64,000 bases of DNA from an uncultured archaeon (lineage in GTDB: Archaea > Thermoplasmatota > Penumbrarchaeia > JASLWR01). The position numbers and the translations under genes were made by a program. The notes beneath the pieces are model-generated. The model made no database searches and was not told where the DNA came from. It saw only the letters and a list, made by a program, of their open reading frames with translations. Positions 58,505 through 64,000 of this stretch are shown here, in pieces (within the stretch, counting starts at the first letter, position 1; the number at the start of each line of letters is the position of its first letter). The stretch spans positions 96,001-160,000 of the forward strand of contig CAYSHM010000003.1 of NCBI GenBank assembly GCA_964430885.1. Reading direction: 5' to 3'.

Positions 58505-58849
58505 TCATATAAAATAATTCAGTATAAGCCATACTAAAAGAAAACCTATCCCAAAACCTGCCAAAACACCAGTGAGAAAACGCCTACCGTTGCTGCTGGT
58601 ATATTTTGTCTGAAATTGAAGAGCACCATCTACCATTAAGGGGCACTGCAGGATTACTGATGCTATTACCACCCATTGAGCTCCAACATTCTTTACAAAA
58701 TCAGTGAATAAAGCAGATATTGTAAGCCCTGCTATGGAAAGAGCAAGCATAGTATAGAAACCCAAGCATCTGGAGCAGATCCTCATGGGTTTTCCGCGAA
58801 ATCTGAAACATCTCTCTTCTCTTCCATGGCACAAGGGGAAAAACGGCAT
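58505..58849 (-). CDS. DUF2085-like membrane protein
   Basis: CHGREERCF..ICSRCLGFY, PLMVDG..Q and SNGRRFLTG. Confidence 0.85.
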   Translation of the reverse strand: MPFFPLCHGREERCFRFRGKPMRICSRCLGFYTMLALSIAGLTISALFTDFVKNVGAQWVVIASVILQCPLMVDGALQFQTKYTSSNGRRFLTGVLAGFGIGFLLVWLILNYFI

Positions 58850-58937
58850 ACTTTATCTGCACCTCTTTGGCTTCTCACATGTGTTTCGATATGGATATTG
58901 ATATGATATCATTGTAGTTGTCATAATATTTGTGTAT

Positions 58938-61900
58938 TTATTTGGGAGGAGGGGGCAGAGGTTTCTTCGGAGGGTTTTTAGATGGGGGGTCAGTAGCTGT
59001 TTCAGCAGATATTTCCGAAAGTTCATCGGCAGGCACTTGGTCCTCCGCTTCTGCAGGCTTGCTCTCGGTTATTTCATCTTGGGACTTCTCCCCGTTTCCG
59101 TCCGAACCTACCTCATCCTGACTATTGCCATCATAAATTTTATCACCGCCTTGATACCGTGGGACCTGATCCCCCCCTTCATCGGACAACTCTTCTTCAG
59201 TTTCCAAAGAATGAGTGTTGGTTTCGCTCAATGAATCCGAGCCGCCAACTCTCTCCTCTTCAATATCCAAATCAACCCCTTTCCCTTTACGGGCTAGGAT
59301 CAAAATCAGGAACAATATTGCAAGGACAACAATGAAAACTATGAGTATTATCAGCCATAAGGGAAAACCGCCGGTGCTTTCTGACTTTTCCTGACCACCT
59401 ATTTCCTCACCCGTTACGGTTATCCTCCTACTTATCTCCGATGAGTCACCATCGCTGTCGGTCACTGAAAGGACTATCTCATAACTGCCTGATTTCGTGA
59501 AAACATGCTCCACTGCTATACCTGTTTTTTTCAAATTGCCAATCTTCCACTCATAGGTGAGACCATCAATATCTCCAAGCGTATCAATAGAGCCCGTCCC
59601 ATTGAACGTGATAACTGCACCCGTGGTTATTCTGCTTGGTGAGATCGACATTACTGCTTCAGGAGGCAGATTCTTTACCGTAACTGTCTTTTCGGCCTGC
59701 ATGGACTCTCCGTCATCATCTGTGACCGTCAATATCACCTTATGTTTGCCTGAGACTCCAAAAATATAATCTGTAATCATACCATATAACTTCACGGAGT
59801 TATCAATTGTCCAGGTGAAGTTCAAATGTGGAATATCCGATAAGGTATCCATTGAGAGTGCGGCGTCAAAGGTTACGCTCATACCTTCCTCGATGTTAGA
59901 TGATGGAGAATATGTAAACCTTGCGGAAGGTGCTTCATTGAGAACTGCTACCAGCATGGTATCTTCAACGGATAGATTGCTGTTATCCCTGACCGAAGCA
60001 GTTAGCAGGTAGCTTCCCTCATATTCATAGGAATGGCGGAAATTCATCGTATTATTCCAATCTGTCGCATTTCCGTCACCGAAATTCAATCTATACTGAA
60101 GATCATCCAGATCCGATGGCGTGTCGGTGGCCTCAATGGCAACCTCTATCTCCTGATCCTCAAATACCTCGCTATAGTCTACACTTAATTCAATTTCAGG
60201 GGATTGATTCTCCACAGTAATGTTCACTATACTTTCGTCAGTATCTTCATCATCATCCTTAACGGTCAAAATTGCCCGATATTCTCCCGCCTGAGTATAG
60301 GTATGCACTGAATCAGGGGTAACAGACCAGGGAGATATTGTACCGTCATAGAAATCCCATTGATAAATCAGACCATCGAGGTCCGAAAGGGTATCCTCAG
60401 CAGTACCCGTGAACAATGTGGCCTGATCCTCCTCGATTGTCATAGAAGCTGCTGAATCACAGATGGGAGCTACATTTTTTACAGCAATATGGTGAATCGA
60501 GGAATTCATATCTCCGTGGCGATCCCTAGCATATAGAATAATCGAATAATTACCCGATTTCTTATAGGTGTGTGCAGAGGAATTCATTACATTATAATCT
60601 GTTTTATATCCATCTCCAAAATCCCATTTGTGGGTCATCTCACCCATGTCCAGAAGTGAATCCTTCACCCTGCATCGAAAATTTATTTCCTGATCCTCCA
60701 AAGAGCTTGTCGGACCAATAACTTCGATTTCCGGCAATACGTTAAGTATTTCGATCTCTCTGCTCGTCTCTGATACCACATTATCATCATCCCTTGCCCT
60801 CAACGTCAGGGTATAGGATCCCTTGTTTTCATAACTATGACTGTAATGGGAAGAATTGCTCCAGCCAGTGCTGTTGCCGTCTCCGAAATCCAACTCATAA
60901 CTCATGTTCTTAAGATCGTTAAGTGAATCAAAGGTATCGTTTGAATAAAAATAGAGCATCTGATTCTCAAAGCCCGCAGCATCCCCGGTAAGAATCGCAG
61001 AGGGTTCCATATTCTCTGAAGTTACCTTCAAAGTCCTCATGGTTCCTTCTGAACCGTCATAGTTCCAGGCGGTAGCTCTAATAATATTAGACCCGGGGAA
61101 GTAGTAGGAATGATCAATGGTCTCGGAAGAGGATTTTACCGTATCATCACTACCGTCATTACCAAAATCCCAGGCCACCTGGCATTGTACGTCGGTGGAT
61201 ATGCTGAAAGTTATCATCTCATTCTCATGGGCATCATAAGTGCTGGCAGTGAGGGATTCAATGGAAGGGGGGGATGAAGGTTTTTCAATAACTAAAACTT
61301 GATCCGCATTGATGTTCTCAACTACCTTCACAGTACCATCAGGATATTCAATCTCTATGCGGTTCGCAATAGTATCCTGTCCAAGCCCAAAATGCAGCAC
61401 CATGTCGTTCTGGCTTGAATGGGAACCTACCCCCGTTTCCACCTGTTTCAAGCACATACCCGAATTGGTATGTACCCTTACCTGGGCTCCTATGGCAAAT
61501 GAGGTCCCATCCATGACCTTTATCTTCAGCCAGTGATTGGAATTACCCTCGTTACGGAATAGCCTGATCCTTACTGGATGCTCTTCAGTGGTACGCCCAG
61601 CAGTTACCAGATCCTGATCGCCGTCATTGTCGTAATCAGCCCATGCTCCTGCATAGGTATCGACAATATCCAAACCCAGTTGGGGTGCCATATTGGTAAA
61701 GGTTAGATCTCCGTTATTCCTGTAAAGATAGGCATACATCCAATAATGATTGTAGACCTGGGTTATCCAGAGATCCATATCCCCATCGTTATCATAATCT
61801 GCGAATACTGCATTTGCAAAGTTCTCATCATCATAATACCCGCCTTCAACACCTCCAACAGGTTTAATAGGTATTCCGCATGTGGCTCTGGCATCGGTAA

Positions 61901-62921
61901 AGTTCCAATGGGGAGGGCCATTGTTGACATACAACTTGGAATCGTCGCAGAACCTTCCTCTGTTCGGATCCTTATGTACAAGATTGGAGACGAAGATGTC
62001 CAATCGGCCGTTATTGTTCAGATCTGCAAAGGAGGAGCCGATGGTGTGGCCATAGTAATTCCCGCCTAGATTTCCGCTGGAATCTCGGCCCACGCCTCGG
62101 ACCCCCAACTCGGCAGCCTTATTGGTAAAAGTACCGTCTCTATTGTTTATCCATATGTAATTTGGCTTCAATCTATAATTCGATACATAAATGTCCTGCC
62201 AGCCATCATTGTCATAATCTCCCCAAATCACTCCTCTTCCGTAGCAGGGGGAATTGGATGTATCCATCCCCGATGCTACTGTTGCATCGGTGAAGGTCCC
62301 GTCGCCATCGTTGCTGTAAAACCTGTCAGCATAATGAATATAGTTGCCGTCATTCCAATTCTCTCCATTTGTAATGTATAGGTCCAGGTCACCGTCCCGG
62401 TCATAATCACCCCAGGCTCCGGAGGTTGTGGGATAGTCATCGATATTGAGCCCCGCATGAACTGTCATATCCTCGAAGGTACCGTCACCTCTGTTCCTGT
62501 ACAATTTATCTGCTCCGCCTCCGCAGAAGATATCCAAGTACCCGTCGGAATCATAGTCTCCCCATACACCGTTGCTGACACCGCCAGTAAGATTGGCGTC
62601 ATTTGAAACCAGAGTGAAATTGTAATCCGGAGGCCCTCCATTCCTGTAGAGGTCCCTTCCATTTACAAGGAGGTCTGGACAATCATCATTGTTATAATCA
62701 CCCCATGCAAAAAAGCTGCCACCCTTTCCTCCAAAACCAGCGTCCAAGCTTATATTGGTGAATGTGACTGCTTCGTTCTGTCGGGTAATTTCATCTGAAA
62801 AAATGTCCTTTTGACTCGAACTTATATGGAGATTGCCGGAGCCGATTGCATTCAGATAAACTAAAAAGCTGGCTGAAAAAAACATTACCGCAAAAAACAT
62901 AGCTAGAATCTTTTTTTTCAT
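58938..62921 (-). CDS. FG-GAP/ASPIC-UnbV (CRTAC1-like) beta-propeller + multiple PKD domains, single TM, acidic/Pro-rich tail
   Basis: WGDYDxDGxxD repeats; NHWLKI..AIGAQV..LHFGLG; PKD motifs WDFGND, DFGDG, WDFGDG and WDFYDG; TM; KKPLPPPPK C-terminus. Confidence 0.9.
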   Translation of the reverse strand: MKKKILAMFFAVMFFSASFLVYLNAIGSGNLHISSSQKDIFSDEITRQNEAVTFTNISLDAGFGGKGGSFFAWGDYNNDDCPDLLVNGRDLYRNGGPPDYNFTLVSNDANLTGGVSNGVWGDYDSDGYLDIFCGGGADKLYRNRGDGTFEDMTVHAGLNIDDYPTTSGAWGDYDRDGDLDLYITNGENWNDGNYIHYADRFYSNDGDGTFTDATVASGMDTSNSPCYGRGVIWGDYDNDGWQDIYVSNYRLKPNYIWINNRDGTFTNKAAELGVRGVGRDSSGNLGGNYYGHTIGSSFADLNNNGRLDIFVSNLVHKDPNRGRFCDDSKLYVNNGPPHWNFTDARATCGIPIKPVGGVEGGYYDDENFANAVFADYDNDGDMDLWITQVYNHYWMYAYLYRNNGDLTFTNMAPQLGLDIVDTYAGAWADYDNDGDQDLVTAGRTTEEHPVRIRLFRNEGNSNHWLKIKVMDGTSFAIGAQVRVHTNSGMCLKQVETGVGSHSSQNDMVLHFGLGQDTIANRIEIEYPDGTVKVVENINADQVLVIEKPSSPPSIESLTASTYDAHENEMITFSISTDVQCQVAWDFGNDGSDDTVKSSSETIDHSYYFPGSNIIRATAWNYDGSEGTMRTLKVTSENMEPSAILTGDAAGFENQMLYFYSNDTFDSLNDLKNMSYELDFGDGNSTGWSNSSHYSHSYENKGSYTLTLRARDDDNVVSETSREIEILNVLPEIEVIGPTSSLEDQEINFRCRVKDSLLDMGEMTHKWDFGDGYKTDYNVMNSSAHTYKKSGNYSIILYARDRHGDMNSSIHHIAVKNVAPICDSAASMTIEEDQATLFTGTAEDTLSDLDGLIYQWDFYDGTISPWSVTPDSVHTYTQAGEYRAILTVKDDDEDTDESIVNITVENQSPEIELSVDYSEVFEDQEIEVAIEATDTPSDLDDLQYRLNFGDGNATDWNNTMNFRHSYEYEGSYLLTASVRDNSNLSVEDTMLVAVLNEAPSARFTYSPSSNIEEGMSVTFDAALSMDTLSDIPHLNFTWTIDNSVKLYGMITDYIFGVSGKHKVILTVTDDDGESMQAEKTVTVKNLPPEAVMSISPSRITTGAVITFNGTGSIDTLGDIDGLTYEWKIGNLKKTGIAVEHVFTKSGSYEIVLSVTDSDGDSSEISRRITVTGEEIGGQEKSESTGGFPLWLIILIVFIVVLAILFLILILARKGKGVDLDIEEERVGGSDSLSETNTHSLETEEELSDEGGDQVPRYQGGDKIYDGNSQDEVGSDGNGEKSQDEITESKPAEAEDQVPADELSEISAETATDPPSKNPPKKPLPPPPK

Positions 62922-63059
62922 TTGGAACACCATCACATGACTATTTGATGAAAAACATATGTAAAATTACTGACATACCGCACTTAACCTGAAACATATT
63001 AGCATGTGCAATATTTAATTCTTCTGTGTTATGCTCCGAGAAAAGATTGTATTATAGAG

Positions 63060-63881
63060 CTACTTTTTCTTGGATACTTTTCCGCTTTTCGGTGCTTTCT
63101 TACCGGATAGTTTTTCTCCTTCTTTTTCTGGTTTTTCCTCGAAAAGGTATTTCCAAAGAAGGGCGGCAATAATAGCCCCGATTATAGGTGCAGCTATGAA
63201 AAGCCACAGCTCCGACAAGGCATCTCCGCCCACCAGAACCGCCGGCCCTAAACTCCTGGCTGGATTCACGGAGGTCCCGGTTATCGGTATTCCGATTAGA
63301 TGGATCACCACAAGAGACATACCTATGGAAAGGCCGGCAAAACCCTTTGGAGCTTTATCGCTGGTGGAACCAAAAATAACCATAAGGAACAGAAATGTCA
63401 GTATCACTTCCGCTATAAATGCCGACATCATGGAATAACCGCCCAGATAATCAGTACCGAAGCCATTCTGGCCAAGACCGTTATCAGCGACTGTATATCC
63501 GTCAAGACCGGTCATTATTCCGAGAAGAGCACCTGAAGCCAATACCGCTCCTATGCACTGGAATATTATATAGAATGCTGCGTCCTTTGACTTAATCTTG
63601 CCTGCAGTCAGCATTGCAATGGTAATTGCAGGATTGATATGACAGCCGGAGATATGGCCGATGGCATAGACCATGATCAGAACCGTTAGACCAAAAGCAA
63701 AGGATATTCCGAGATAACCTATATGTCCGCCCATTGTCAGCGTTCCCGAAGGATTGCCCATGGTATCAAAAAGTGAAGCTACGCTGGTTCCGGCTATGAC
63801 TGCACTTCCACAGCCCAAGAAAACCAGGGCAAATGTCCCGAGGAGTTCGGCTGTATATTTCCTCACATCACTTTTCTCCAT
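63060..63881 (-). CDS. aqpZ: Aquaporin Z (MIP family)
   Basis: AELLGTF, ISGCHINPA, GLGQNG and TSVNPARS. Confidence 0.95.
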   Translation of the reverse strand: MEKSDVRKYTAELLGTFALVFLGCGSAVIAGTSVASLFDTMGNPSGTLTMGGHIGYLGISFAFGLTVLIMVYAIGHISGCHINPAITIAMLTAGKIKSKDAAFYIIFQCIGAVLASGALLGIMTGLDGYTVADNGLGQNGFGTDYLGGYSMMSAFIAEVILTFLFLMVIFGSTSDKAPKGFAGLSIGMSLVVIHLIGIPITGTSVNPARSLGPAVLVGGDALSELWLFIAAPIIGAIIAALLWKYLFEEKPEKEGEKLSGKKAPKSGKVSKKK

Positions 63882-64000
63882 TATTTCACTCCATTTTAGA
63901 TTGTATATTGACAATAGATATTGTATGGAATTATTCAAAGATATGGCTCATTTTCTTGAATATATATCTTTACACATTATTGGTTATAGGGAATGTATTT

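Overview
Gene-dense archaeal chromosome segment, most consistent with an uncultured Thermoplasmatota lineage. The archaeal call rests on TFS, Top6B, aMBF1, archaeosortase A, a class III pilin, DUF835, GGTGA-type Shine-Dalgarno sites and many TTG starts; the lineage itself is inference. Housekeeping and metabolic genes are hutH, tmk, atpD, top6B, tfs, argF, cdd, mbf1, aspS and aqpZ. There is a four-gene persulfide-handling operon (ArsR, CoADR-rhodanese, TusA, DsrE2). Many large secreted or membrane-anchored proteins are present: two LamG giants, an FG-GAP/ASPIC-PKD protein, C25 and S8 proteases, phosphoesterases and PGF-CTERM substrates, together with ArtA. I saw no tRNA, rRNA, CRISPR array, transposase or integrase. 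The most unusual signals are: (1) an FtsZ homologue that has lost the GGGTGTG signature but keeps the T7 loop; (2) a three-gene cluster of a beta-propeller/adaptin-appendage-like/DUF835 protein, a DPY-repeat protein and a single-pass surface protein with a cytoplasmic RING-like tail, which may be a coat/adaptor-like system; (3) a triple-RING helical protein; (4) a GXGXG plus degenerate-FMN-barrel glutamate-synthase-like fusion missing from the ORF track; (5) a sirtuin and an NAD kinase with eukaryote-like motifs; (6) a +1 frameshift in a surface-protein gene and two apparent non-canonical start codons. All domain calls come from reading motifs by eye; no database searches were run.
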